Shown: positions 32,535 to 45,335 of the stretch, one piece after another
How positions within the stretch are numbered: position 1 is the first letter of the stretch
Layout: each line of letters starts with the position of its first letter
From: Polyangiaceae bacterium
Lineage (GTDB): Bacteria; Myxococcota_A; Polyangia; Polyangiales; Polyangiaceae
NCBI GenBank assembly: GCA_044222475.1
Contig: JBGANF010000001.1
Location: 96,001 to 160,000, forward strand
DNA length: 64,000 nt
Direction: 5' to 3'
Program-made: the position numbers and the translations under genes
The notes under the pieces: generated by a model
What the model was told of the DNA's origin: nothing
What the model saw: the letters and a program-made list of their open reading frames with translations, nothing else
Database searches by the model: none

Positions 32535-33272
32535 CTACGGCTCGTCCTTCACGGGCGGAGCAACCGCGGTGAAGTAGATGATGCGATTGCAGGACGGACA
32601 CTGGTCGAGCAGCGGCTCGCGGCGCAGGCGATGAAAGAGCTGGGGCGGAAGCGCCATGTGACACGCGCGGCAGGTGCCGTCGGTCGTGCTGGCGAGCCCG
32701 CTGCCGCGCTTCACGCGGACCATCTCGTAGCGGCGGTACGTCACCGGCGGGATCTTCTTCGCGAGAAGCTCGCGCGCGGCGGCGCGCTCGGCTCGCTTCG
32801 CTTCGACCTCACCGAGGCGAGTCGTCGCGGCGCCTTCGGTCTCCCCGAGCTCGGCGCCGATCTTCTTGGCCTCGGCATCGGTCGTGTCGATCTGTTGGCG
32901 CGAGGCGTCGGCGTCGGTCGTGAGCTTGCCGATCTCGTCTTCGCGGTCGCGGACGAGCTTGCGAAGCTCCTCGAGCTCGCGCTGGGCGGCGTTCGCCTCG
33001 CGCTCGTTCCGCGCGCGGTTCATCTTGTCGCGCGAGAGCTCCACCTGATTCATCATGTTGCGGACTTCGCCGACGTAGTCGTTGCGAAGCTTCTCGATCG
33101 CGCCGAGGTGCTCGCGGTCCGCCTTCAGCTTCGCCTCGAGCTCGCTCAGCCTCCCCCGGAGCGTGTCGAGCGTCGCCCGCTCGCGAGCGAGGTCATCACC
33201 TAGTGTCTTGAGCTCGGCGTCTGCGGCGGCGAGCTCCTCCAGCGTTTGGATCTGCTCGGGAATACTACTCAA
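32535..33272 (-). CDS. Coiled-coil protein with C4-type zinc ribbon (DUF164/CT398-like)
   Basis: Long coiled coil followed by CRACHMALPPQ...CPSCNRII. Confidence 0.88.
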   Translation of the reverse strand: MSSIPEQIQTLEELAAADAELKTLGDDLARERATLDTLRGRLSELEAKLKADREHLGAIEKLRNDYVGEVRNMMNQVELSRDKMNRARNEREANAAQRELEELRKLVRDREDEIGKLTTDADASRQQIDTTDAEAKKIGAELGETEGAATTRLGEVEAKRAERAAARELLAKKIPPVTYRRYEMVRVKRGSGLASTTDGTCRACHMALPPQLFHRLRREPLLDQCPSCNRIIYFTAVAPPVKDEP

Positions 33273-33331
33273 CCTCGTCCTCCGGACGTGCTCGTGATGA
33301 GGGCCCGCCTCTTCGCGTCTCCGCGATGTCG

Positions 33332-33405
33332 TAGGCCCACCTGGGTTCGAACCAGGAACGGCCCGGTTATGAGCCGGGGGCTCTGACCGATTGAGCTATG
33401 GGCCC
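33332..33405 (-). tRNA. tRNA with CAT anticodon, most likely tRNA-Ile2 (lysidine); CCA not encoded
   Basis: Minus strand GGGCCCATAGCTCAATCGGTCAGAGCCCCCGGCTCATAACCGGGCCGTTCCTGGTTCGAACCCAGGTGGGCCTA folds as a cloverleaf. The GGGCC acceptor stem and absence of fMet features suggest Ile2; elongator Met is not excluded. Confidence 0.9.
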
Positions 33406-33490
33406 GTTCCCGCACGGCCAGGCAAGGTAACCTACCAGGGCCCCTACTTCAACGGCCGTGCCAGATCTTCACTTCAGGGGCGACTCGGGG

Positions 33491-34804
33491 CTACTTTTTG
33501 GGCTTGGGCTCGCAGCCCGCAAACCGGAGTCGGGGCGCGGGGGTACCCTCGAACACCACCAACGAGAGCGCGAGCGCGCCGGTGCTCACGCCAGTCGGCG
33601 CCCACAGAACGCTCCCCGGGTCGAGCACGCCCTCGCTGCTGGGCTTGCCGCGCGGCTCGCCCGACCTCGGATCCAGCGGTACGAGGAGCGAACGACCCGA
33701 GCCGTCTTCGTAGGCGAGGACGGTCGTGTCGTCGGTCCCGCGTTGGACCTCGGGCGTGCCTATCGCCGCAGCTGGGAGGTCGAGCGTCGTCACCTGGGAG
33801 GTCTCCCCTCGAACCGCGACGTGCACCAGCTTTCCGCGCTGAGCCGCGTCGCGCGCGTAGACGTCCGCGTCGTTCGGCGTCGGGCCGACCGCGACCTCGA
33901 AGCTCCCGACGTGCCCGCCGTCGGGCGTGAGCTTCGACGGCGCGCCGCGCGGCTTGCCGTCGAGACCGACGCGTACGCTCTCGATCCACTCGAAGCCGCG
34001 GAGCTGTCCGGGACCTTCGATGTCGGTGTCGTTCGAGATCTTCGGAGCGCCGTCGGGCTGGGTGTCGTCCTTGCGCACCGACCAGACCACCAGGTAGCCG
34101 TCGGTCCCGAGCAAGACCCTCGGGCTCGAGGCGTCGCCTCGCGAGGCCGACACGGTGACGGGCGTGCTCCATGTACCATTTTGGTACGAGACGACACGGA
34201 TGACGCCACGATCACCTTCGTCGTCGTCCCACGCGACGAGGGCGCTCGACGCAGCGTCGTCGCGAACGGCGCCGTCGAACGCGAGCGACTCGTCGAGCGA
34301 CGAGTCCGGGAGATCGGCGAGGGTCTGCACGCCGGATGGTCCTCCGAGCTTCACGAAGCGCAGGTGTCGCTTGCCGGCCCCGGCGTCACCGCCGGCGGGG
34401 TGAAACAACGCGTAGGTGGCGGTCGCCATGGAGAACACGCGCGGCGGCGGGGCGTCGGCGGCGAGCGGGCCGAGAGGCGTGCGCGAGGCCACCGAGAGCA
34501 CTTTGCCGGCGATGCCGACGCGGATCACCTCGCCGACGCCCCCCGACACGACGCCGACGTCGAGGTGATCGGCCGCGCGCGAATCCGCGCGCCCCACCTC
34601 GAGCGAAGCGGCTCCGAGCGCGAGCGGGTCGCCCTCGAAGCGGCAGCGTTCGGGCGCGAGCTCGTCGATGCCGAGCTTCGGCCCGGCTTCTTCGGTCTCG
34701 TCGTCACCCGCGTCGGATTGCGCGAGGGCGCCGCAGTGACCGCACCGCTGCCCACACGCGGTCAGGAGGGCGAGCGCGAGGGCCGCGCGCGGGATCCCTC
34801 GCAC
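33491..34804 (-). CDS. Hypothetical lipoprotein (beta-rich)
   Basis: Lipobox LLTAC; 437-aa ORF directly downstream of yitJ. Confidence 0.6.
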   Translation of the reverse strand: MRGIPRAALALALLTACGQRCGHCGALAQSDAGDDETEEAGPKLGIDELAPERCRFEGDPLALGAASLEVGRADSRAADHLDVGVVSGGVGEVIRVGIAGKVLSVASRTPLGPLAADAPPPRVFSMATATYALFHPAGGDAGAGKRHLRFVKLGGPSGVQTLADLPDSSLDESLAFDGAVRDDAASSALVAWDDDEGDRGVIRVVSYQNGTWSTPVTVSASRGDASSPRVLLGTDGYLVVWSVRKDDTQPDGAPKISNDTDIEGPGQLRGFEWIESVRVGLDGKPRGAPSKLTPDGGHVGSFEVAVGPTPNDADVYARDAAQRGKLVHVAVRGETSQVTTLDLPAAAIGTPEVQRGTDDTTVLAYEDGSGRSLLVPLDPRSGEPRGKPSSEGVLDPGSVLWAPTGVSTGALALSLVVFEGTPAPRLRFAGCEPKPKK

Positions 34805-34808
34805 TGGA

Positions 34809-36701
<1,893 letters not shown>

Positions 36702-36740
36702 ATGGAGGCCGACGTTATAGCGCGAGATCGGGCGGAGCGC

Positions 36741-37535
36741 TCAGAACGTGCCCGAGAGGCCGAGCGAGCCGGGTCCGATCATGGGCCGGAGGGCGACCCG
36801 AGCCGAACGACCAAACGAGGTCGCGACGAGCACCGTGCCGACGACACCCGCTGCGACGCCGAAGAGGACTCCGACGCTGCCCCACGTCGCGTCATCGGAG
36901 CGTCTCGACGGGTCGGCGCTCGCCGCCGCCGACGTCCCGTCCCAGAAGAGGACCAGACCCGCAACCGTCGACACGGCGCCGACGAGGATCACACCGGCGC
37001 CGAGCCACCCTTGCACTGGTCGTCCGGGCTCCTCGGCGAGCGTCGAACGAGACGGCGCAACGGGTTGCGCTTTGCCGTGCAGATGAATCGTGAGGGGCCG
37101 AAGCCGCTCCCCCTCTGCGGCGACGACGGTCTCGAAGACCGGGGAGCCGGTGCGGGGGGCGACGCGCAAGACGTGAGCACCGGGATCGAGCTTGATGGGC
37201 TTGCCGTCGATGAAGGTCGCGACGACCTTGTCGTCGACGGAGATGCTGGCGTCGAGGACGTCGGCGCCGTTCTCGTCGACGGCACGAACGACGACCGACG
37301 GGATCCGTTTGTCGAGCTCGTCGAGACGATGCGCACAATCTTGGCGAACGGCCGCCGGACACGCCTCGCTCTCGCAGAAGACGAGGCTCTCGCGGAGCTC
37401 GACGAGGCGACCATGGTCCTCGAGATCGTCCGCGCCCTCGGCGGCTGCGATGCACGCCTCCTTGTTACCCGCCGCGCCGCGCGCCCCGATGCTCGAGACG
37501 ACCGCGAAGCAAGCTGCGGCAACAGCCCATCGCAT
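36741..37535 (-). CDS. Secreted PEGA-like protein with C-terminal hydrophobic hairpin
   Basis: Signal peptide, C...CPAAVRQDC helical domain, IKLDPGAHVL segment, two hydrophobic helices, terminal LGLSGTF. Confidence 0.7.
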   Translation of the reverse strand: MRWAVAAACFAVVSSIGARGAAGNKEACIAAAEGADDLEDHGRLVELRESLVFCESEACPAAVRQDCAHRLDELDKRIPSVVVRAVDENGADVLDASISVDDKVVATFIDGKPIKLDPGAHVLRVAPRTGSPVFETVVAAEGERLRPLTIHLHGKAQPVAPSRSTLAEEPGRPVQGWLGAGVILVGAVSTVAGLVLFWDGTSAAASADPSRRSDDATWGSVGVLFGVAAGVVGTVLVATSFGRSARVALRPMIGPGSLGLSGTF

Positions 37536-37538
37536 CGT

Positions 37539-38570
37539 TCAGAACGTGCCGGACAACCCGAAGCCTGCGTACGTGGGGCTCAGCTCCGGCGTGAAGCGGA
37601 TGCCTTCCTTCTTGATCACGCGCTTCGACTCGAACGACGTGAAGAGGAGGATCGTGCCGACGGTCGCCATGACGACGCCGAGGCTGCCGACGATGATCGC
37701 CGGGATGAGCTGCGCGTTGCCGCGCTGGTTGAAGGTGAGGCCGTTCGTGTCGCGCACGTGGCACTTCGGCAAGCCGGTGCCGAGGGGGTTGTTCTCGGGG
37801 CAGTCGGCGAGGCCGACGCCCTCCGCCTTGTACTTGCTGAAGTTGTCGAGCGCGGCCGGGATGAGAACGATGCCGACGACGATGCCGATGACGCCGCCGC
37901 CCATGAGGCCGACGCCGATCCAGCGCTTCACCGGATCGCCCGGGGTGATCTCCTCGGAGTTCTTCTTGTCCTCGAGAGCCTTGAGCTCTTCCGGGGTGAG
38001 GTCGGGCATGAGGAGCGCGACCGGAAGCGTCTTGCCGTCGTTGAGGAGCGTGACGTGCTTCGCGAAGTCGCGCTTGCCGGTCGCCGTCGCCGTGACGTCG
38101 TGCTCGCCCGGGTCGAGCGGGAGGTCGCCGTTGATCGTCTCCTTCGGGTACGTGACGCCGTCGATCTTGACGATGATGTCCGCCGGGACCGGGCTCAGCT
38201 CGAGCTTGAGCTTCGAGAGGCGCGGGTAGAGCTCCTTCGCCTTGTCCTCCGCGTACTCCGCGGCCGGCGTGCCTCGCGACTTCTTCACGACGGCGAGGTA
38301 CTCGCCCCATGCCGTGGCGTTCTTGCCTTCGAGGTCGTGGCAGGCAGCGAGCGCGAGCATCGTGTCGTTGCTCTCTTCGAGCTTGTAGCTCGCCGCGAAG
38401 CGCTCGCACGCTTCCTTGTAGTTCTTCTCTTTGATCAGGTCCTTGCCCTGATTGAAGAGCGCCTCGGCTTGGGTCGAGTTGACCCCGCCTTGCGCGAATG
38501 CCAACGACGGAATCAGCCCGAGCGCGACACAGAGGACCGCCCCCACTACGCGAGAAGAACGAAGAGCCAT
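37539..38570 (-). CDS. Secreted TPR + PEGA-like protein with C-terminal hydrophobic hairpin
   Basis: Signal peptide; AEALFNQGK...ACERFAASYKL...LAACHDLEGK TPR; LDPGEH; terminal FGLSGTF. Start placed at ATG 38570, 7 nt after a TAGCGT hexamer. Confidence 0.78.
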   Translation of the reverse strand: MALRSSRVVGAVLCVALGLIPSLAFAQGGVNSTQAEALFNQGKDLIKEKNYKEACERFAASYKLEESNDTMLALAACHDLEGKNATAWGEYLAVVKKSRGTPAAEYAEDKAKELYPRLSKLKLELSPVPADIIVKIDGVTYPKETINGDLPLDPGEHDVTATATGKRDFAKHVTLLNDGKTLPVALLMPDLTPEELKALEDKKNSEEITPGDPVKRWIGVGLMGGGVIGIVVGIVLIPAALDNFSKYKAEGVGLADCPENNPLGTGLPKCHVRDTNGLTFNQRGNAQLIPAIIVGSLGVVMATVGTILLFTSFESKRVIKKEGIRFTPELSPTYAGFGLSGTF

Positions 38571-38615
38571 GGCCGCCACGCTAGCATGGACCCCCGCGGC
38601 GTCGGAACGTCCTAC

Positions 38616-40313
<1,698 letters not shown>

Positions 40314-40426
40314 CCGGTACTGACCCCTCGTGCGCGCAGAACAGCGCGGATTGTGAGGTTAGCGGACAAGACGCCCCATGCCCACCGGAAAGACGTAGGG
40401 ATTTCCGTGGTAGCGTGGCTCCCTCG

Positions 40427-41956
40427 ATGGCAGGGGCACCGTCCGCGTCCGAGCTTTCTCGCCGGTTTCCGCGCCTTCGGGTGAGCGAATCGCCGGCGGA
40501 TCGTGTGGCGTACGCGAGGGACCTCTGGCCGCGGCATCACCTCGCGGTGCGGTCGGGTGATGTAGGTGCGCACTCGCCCGCGCTGGTGGTGTGGCCGGAG
40601 CGGACGGAAGAGGTGGCGGAGATCGTTCGATGGGCGGGGCCGCGCGGGGTGCCCGTCGTCCCGTTCGGGGCGGGCAGCGGCGTGTGCGCGGGGGTCTTGC
40701 CGACGAAAGAGACGATCGTCCTCGATCTGAAGCGCATGGGACGCATTCGGTCCCTCGATGAAGCGGCCCCCTCGGTGACGGTCGAGGCCGGGCACATGGG
40801 GGTGCCGTTCGAGGAGGCGATCGGTCGCCGCGGGCTGACGCTCGGGCATTTTCCGTCGTCGATCCTGTGCAGCACCGTCGGCGGGTGGGTCGCGGCGCGG
40901 AGCGCGGGTCAGGCGTCGGGGCGCTACGGCAAGATCGAGGACATGGTGCTCGCGCTGGAGTGCGTGACCGGCCGCGGCGACGTGGTGCACCTGCCGCATC
41001 GGGTGCATGGTCCCAGTTTGGTACCACTCATGATCGGCAGCGAGGGGACGCTCGGGGTGATCACCGCCGCGAAGCTGCGGCTGCACCGCGCGCCGACGGT
41101 GCGCGGGTTTCGGGCGTGGTCGTTCCCGAGCACGCGCGCCGGGTGGGAGGCGATGCAGGCGTTCTTCCAGGCGGGCCTGCGGCCGGCGATCGCGCGCCTG
41201 TACGATCCGTTCGACGCGATGCTCGCGCGCCGCGGCGGGGTGAAGAGCGACAAGAAGAAACCGGCGCCCGGCATGGGCGGCGGCGCGCTGCGCGCGATGC
41301 TGAAGCGCCCGGCGATGATCAACGAGCTGCTCGAGTCGCGCGCGGGCGCGGCGGCGTTCGGGGGATCGCTCTTGCTCGTGATCTTCGACGGCCACGACGC
41401 GGCGCCCCTCGACGACGTCGCGCGCGCGATGGCGATCGCCGAGTCGCTCGGCGGAAAAGACGAGGGCGAGACGCCGGCGCAGAAGTGGCTCGCGCATCGC
41501 TACGCGGTGAGCTACCGGCAGGCGCCGATGTTCCGCGAGGGGCTCTTCGTCGACACGATGGAGGTCGCGGCGACGTGGTCGCGGCTCGGCGCCCTGTACG
41601 ACGGAGTGCGGCGCGCGCTCGGGGAGCACGTCTTCGTGATGGCGCACTTCAGCCATGCGTACCCCGACGGATGCTGCATCTACTTCTCGTTCGCGGGGAC
41701 GGCCGACTCGGGGACGGGCTCGTGGGACGATCGGTGCGCGCGCACCTACGATCGCGCGTGGAAGGGCGCGCTCGCCGCGGCGGTCGCGGCGGGCGGGACG
41801 CTCGCGCACCATCACGGCGCGGGGCGATCGAAGGCGCCGCGGTTGCCGGAGGAGCTGGGTGTCGGGCTCGACGTGTTTCGGCGGCTGAAGACCGCGTTCG
41901 ATCCGCACGGGATCTTGAACCCGGGGGCGCTGGTGCCGGAAGGAGCGCCGACGTGA
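40427..41956 (+). CDS. FAD-binding oxidoreductase, alkyl-dihydroxyacetonephosphate synthase-like
   Basis: PFGAGSGV, GHFPSS...STVGGWVAARSAGQASGRYGKIEDMV, GSEGTLGVIT, HFSHAY, HHHGAG and DPHGILNPG motifs. Confidence 0.85.
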   Translation: MAGAPSASELSRRFPRLRVSESPADRVAYARDLWPRHHLAVRSGDVGAHSPALVVWPERTEEVAEIVRWAGPRGVPVVPFGAGSGVCAGVLPTKETIVLDLKRMGRIRSLDEAAPSVTVEAGHMGVPFEEAIGRRGLTLGHFPSSILCSTVGGWVAARSAGQASGRYGKIEDMVLALECVTGRGDVVHLPHRVHGPSLVPLMIGSEGTLGVITAAKLRLHRAPTVRGFRAWSFPSTRAGWEAMQAFFQAGLRPAIARLYDPFDAMLARRGGVKSDKKKPAPGMGGGALRAMLKRPAMINELLESRAGAAAFGGSLLLVIFDGHDAAPLDDVARAMAIAESLGGKDEGETPAQKWLAHRYAVSYRQAPMFREGLFVDTMEVAATWSRLGALYDGVRRALGEHVFVMAHFSHAYPDGCCIYFSFAGTADSGTGSWDDRCARTYDRAWKGALAAAVAAGGTLAHHHGAGRSKAPRLPEELGVGLDVFRRLKTAFDPHGILNPGALVPEGAPT

Positions 41957-42438
41957 GCTCGAGCCTGCGATCGATCGACCGGGCGAGCTTGCTCGCCGAG
42001 GTGGACGGCGCGACGCCGTTGGCGGACGTGGAGAGCGCACTGCGCGCGAGCGATCTCACGCTCGATCTCTCGGCGCCGTTCGAGGGAACGGTGAGCGCGT
42101 GGATCGCGGCGGGTGCGCCAGGCTCGCGGAGCCCGTGGCTCGATCCGGCGGATCACCTGGTCGCCGGGTTCGTCGCGAAGCTCGTGGACGGTCGGGAGCT
42201 CGTGGTGCGGCCAGCGCCGAGGCGCGCGGTGGGGCCGGATCTCTTCGCTCTGGTCTTCGGGACCGGGGGTCGCTTCGGAGAGATCACCTCGGCGTGGCTG
42301 CGAGTGCACCCTCGAGGAGTGCAGCGACCCGCGATTCCGTTCGCCCACGAGGACCCGCCGGTGGAAACTGGAGAGAAGACGCTCTGGGACGCGATCGAGA
42401 AGGTGCTCCAAGGTCCTTCGAACCCGACGGCCAGTTGA
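41953..42438 (+). CDS. Small FAD-binding (PCMH-type) domain protein
   Basis: GTG start overlaps the upstream stop; RPAPRRAVGPDLFALVFGTGGRFGEITSAWLR resembles the FAD-binding_4 signature. Confidence 0.7.
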   Translation: MSSSLRSIDRASLLAEVDGATPLADVESALRASDLTLDLSAPFEGTVSAWIAAGAPGSRSPWLDPADHLVAGFVAKLVDGRELVVRPAPRRAVGPDLFALVFGTGGRFGEITSAWLRVHPRGVQRPAIPFAHEDPPVETGEKTLWDAIEKVLQGPSNPTAS

Positions 42439-42469
42439 AACGGCGATCCATAGACGGTGCACGCGACCG

Positions 42470-42928
42470 AATCGTCGGCCCCGATGGCGTAGTGTCAGAG
42501 GGATCGTGACGAAAGGTTCGTGCGGATCGTTGGTGTGAAACCGCAGCGCACCGGTGAGGGGAAGCCCCGCGGCCGCGGTAGCTGGAACCGCCGCGTGAAA
42601 GACCACCGTCGTCTTTGCGAACGACGCGAGCATTCCTTCGGCGGTCCGTCCAGAACGAATGGGCCGTCGACCTCGGCGGTCCACTTCAGGACGGAAGACG
42701 GCTCGCTGTTCGCGATCACGATGATCAGCGAATCCGACGTAGCGCCGCAGTCCGTTAGCCAGCCAGTGACTCCTGCGAGTGCGTGAGGTGGCCCGGGGAA
42801 CGGTCGGGGCTGCCGCAGCCCGACACCACTACGAGCATGCCTGCAAGGCGAGCCAGCCGCGCGATTACCGCCAGATGGCCCCTTCCGATCGCAACTTCGG
42901 AGGGCACCGCAGAAACGCCGTCAGTCAT
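42470..42928 (-). pseudogene. Frameshifted lipoprotein gene with an Ig-like domain; 3' end approximate
   Basis: Three minus-strand frames join into LVVVSGC (lipobox)...TDCGATSDSLIIVIANSEPSSVLKWTAEVDGPFVL...EGMLASFAKTTVVFHAAVP...GALRFHTNDPHEPFVTIPLTL. Confidence 0.5.
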
Positions 42929-42959
42929 AGGTGCCCCAGCAATCAAGCGCCCAGGTTCC

Positions 42960-43892
42960 TCAATCAAGGGAGTCTGACACGGCCTGGCGTGCGACGTTCT
43001 CGAGTTCCCGTTTGATTGCGTCCGACAAGCCGCCTTGGTCGATCGACACGACACCTGAGTCGCGTCGGCCGAGCCACGTCAACTCAACTTTCATCGCGGC
43101 GGCGAGAGCCCGGGCGTCGGGTTCCTGACGCGTAGAGAAGTGCGCGATCATTGACTCCAACGCCCGCCTGAAGCCACGTTCGAACACGATGTGCCGTATG
43201 TTCTGCGGCCAACGGATGTCGTCCGCATCGACGTTGCGAAACTCGACGTACTCGAACGTGGCGGATCGAAAGTCGACACGGCGTAACCTGTTCGGGTGTC
43301 CCCCAATCGGAAGTTCGACCCGCGCACCTTCATGCGATGCGCCAAAGATCACGTCCTTCAAGCGACCGGAGAAGGAACATTCGTCAAACTCACTCAGTCC
43401 AAACTGAACGCCGTCGAGCCTCGTTTCGTTGAATGAACAACGAACCATCCGGCAATAGCTAAAGACCGCGCCTCGCAGATCGGCGCCGTCAAAGTTGACC
43501 CCCTCGTACACGTTGTGGCCCCCATTGGACATCGGGCCAAGAACCGCGTCCCTCAGTTTCGCCGAGCGGAAAGAGCAGTTCGTAAACGTGGTCTCCCAAG
43601 TACGAAGGTCCGGAAACCGCCCGCCATCGAAAGAGCAATCGACGAATTGACAACCCAATATTCGCCAACCGGCGATCCGGCCAATCGAGAGATCGACTCC
43701 GCGCACCATCAGCCCTTGCGAGCGAAGTACGTCAACACGCTCCGTGCCGGCAACAGGGCCCCGTGAGACTGCACCAGAGAACCCGGCGGTCACGCCGCGA
43801 AGGTCAATGCGACCCTCATGCGTACCAAACCCTTCAAGGTCTCCACCAAGGGCGCGGAGAAGGTCTGCTTCTGACTTGTGCGGACTACTCAT
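42960..43892 (-). CDS. Pentapeptide-repeat protein (possible immunity protein)
   Basis: Repeats such as CQFVDCSFDG, TFTNCSFRSAKLRDA and VNFDGADLRGAVF; atypical codon usage. The likely ATG at 43892 overlaps the upstream ORF stop. Confidence 0.8.
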   Translation of the reverse strand: MSSPHKSEADLLRALGGDLEGFGTHEGRIDLRGVTAGFSGAVSRGPVAGTERVDVLRSQGLMVRGVDLSIGRIAGWRILGCQFVDCSFDGGRFPDLRTWETTFTNCSFRSAKLRDAVLGPMSNGGHNVYEGVNFDGADLRGAVFSYCRMVRCSFNETRLDGVQFGLSEFDECSFSGRLKDVIFGASHEGARVELPIGGHPNRLRRVDFRSATFEYVEFRNVDADDIRWPQNIRHIVFERGFRRALESMIAHFSTRQEPDARALAAAMKVELTWLGRRDSGVVSIDQGGLSDAIKRELENVARQAVSDSLD

Positions 43893-44004
43893 AGAGCAGC
43901 GGGACTCCCTCTTCACCGAACTCTTCTTCGTACTTGTCGACATGCTTCTGCCACTGCTTCGAAGTGGTCACATCCCACCATGCCCCGTTGCCACTTTCCA
44001 CCAC
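43885..44004 (-). pseudogene. 39-codon remnant resembling the C-terminal end of a polymorphic (Rhs-type) toxin domain
   Basis: Translates VVESGNGAWWDVTTSKQWQKHVDKYEEEFGEEGVPLLYE*; the stop overlaps the pentapeptide gene start. Family resemblance is from memory only. Confidence 0.45.
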
Positions 44005-44053
44005 CGGCGATCGCAGCCGCGCCTTCGAGCTGGTACGGGCTCACCGATGCAGC

Positions 44054-45259
44054 TCACGATTCAGTCCGCCGCGGTCGCGATCGTCCGCCGAGACCGAACG
44101 TCTCCCGTCGAGCGACGACGTCCGCCCACGGCACCATCGTGATTCCGCGCCCCACCTCGCGGCGTTCTTTTCCCGTGTACACCACCCAGCCGCGCTCGAT
44201 CGACAGATCGACCATGCATTGCCGAAGCCCCGCGAGCCCGCGCGGATCGACGGTGGCACCGAGCTTGATCTCGATCGGGACGACGTGACGACCATCGACG
44301 ACGAGCAGGTCGACCTCCGCCCCCGCCTGCGTTCGCCAGAAATGGAGCTCGGGGCGCACCGTTCGCTCGGCGGCGAGCTGCGCGATCTCTTCGATCACGA
44401 GCCCCTCGAACGATGCGCCACGCTTGGGCCACGCCTCGAGCTCGGCCTCGCTCCGCAGCCCGGCGAGGTGGTGAAGAAGACCCGTGTCGCGAACGTAGAC
44501 CTTCGGGCTCTTCGTCAGCCGCTTCTGCACGTTCGCGAAGTACGGCGTGAGGCGCCGAATCATGAACGTCCACTCCAGCACGCCGAGGTAGTGATCGACC
44601 GTCGGCGACGAGACCGAAAGCGAGCGCGCGAGATCGGACACGTTGAGCAGGCTCCCGTGGACGTGAGTGAGCATCGTCCACAGGATCCGCAGGCGCGGCG
44701 CGGGCAGTCTCAACCCGAGCGAGGGAAGGTCCCGCTCGAGGTAGGTCGCGACGTACGACGATAGCCACTCGAGCCGCTGTCGCGTCGTGCTCGCCGCGAG
44801 CACCGGCGGATAGCCTCCCCAGAACCAGCGATCCTTCGCACGTGGGGAACGATCGAGCTCGGCGGACGAGAAGGGACCGAGCTCCAGCAGACCGACGCGT
44901 CCGGCGAGGGTCTCCGAGGCAGTCTGGAGAAGGGGCGGGCTCGCCGAGCCCGTGAGGACGTAGCGCCCTTTGCCCTTCGTCCGGTCGACGAAATGGCGCA
45001 ACGCCGGGAAGATGCCGGGCAGCCGCTGCGCTTCGTCGATGGCGAGGCCGCGGGGGCGGGACGCGAGGAACCCTTCGAGGTCGCCCGAGAGGAGCGCCCA
45101 GTCGGCCGGGCGCTCGAGGTCGACGTGCTCGAACTTCGGCAAGGCATGCCGAACGAGGGTGCTCTTGCCGCACTGCCGGGGACCGAGCACGAGCACGGCA
45201 GGGAAGCTGCGAAGAAGACGCAAGAGCGCGTCCGCGGCCTGACGAGGGACGAATCTCAC
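44054..45259 (-). CDS. AAA+ ATPase, AAA_14 + DUF4143 family
   Basis: LGPRQCGKST, IDEAQ, LTGSA, ETLAGR, GGYP, KSPKVYVRDTGL and FWRTQAGAEVDL...IEIK motifs. Confidence 0.9.
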   Translation of the reverse strand: MRFVPRQAADALLRLLRSFPAVLVLGPRQCGKSTLVRHALPKFEHVDLERPADWALLSGDLEGFLASRPRGLAIDEAQRLPGIFPALRHFVDRTKGKGRYVLTGSASPPLLQTASETLAGRVGLLELGPFSSAELDRSPRAKDRWFWGGYPPVLAASTTRQRLEWLSSYVATYLERDLPSLGLRLPAPRLRILWTMLTHVHGSLLNVSDLARSLSVSSPTVDHYLGVLEWTFMIRRLTPYFANVQKRLTKSPKVYVRDTGLLHHLAGLRSEAELEAWPKRGASFEGLVIEEIAQLAAERTVRPELHFWRTQAGAEVDLLVVDGRHVVPIEIKLGATVDPRGLAGLRQCMVDLSIERGWVVYTGKERREVGRGITMVPWADVVARRETFGLGGRSRPRRTES

Positions 45260-45266
45260 ACCTCGT

Positions 45267-45295
45267 ATTATTGAACATCGACCTTAAATCTACAA
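45267..45295 (-). promoter_or_regulatory. Putative sigma70-type promoter of the AAA/DUF4143 gene
   Basis: Minus strand TTGTAG-17 nt-AATAAT in an AT-rich patch, 7 nt before the GTG start. Confidence 0.5.
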
Positions 45296-45335
45296 GCCAT
45301 CATGCACCGGCCCGCGCTGGGCTATCCTCGACGCC

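Noticed and set aside
33273..33490. tRNA as integration site of a prophage or genomic island
   Set aside because: No integrase nearby, no duplicated tRNA 3' end seen by eye, and the flanking genes look like core genes.
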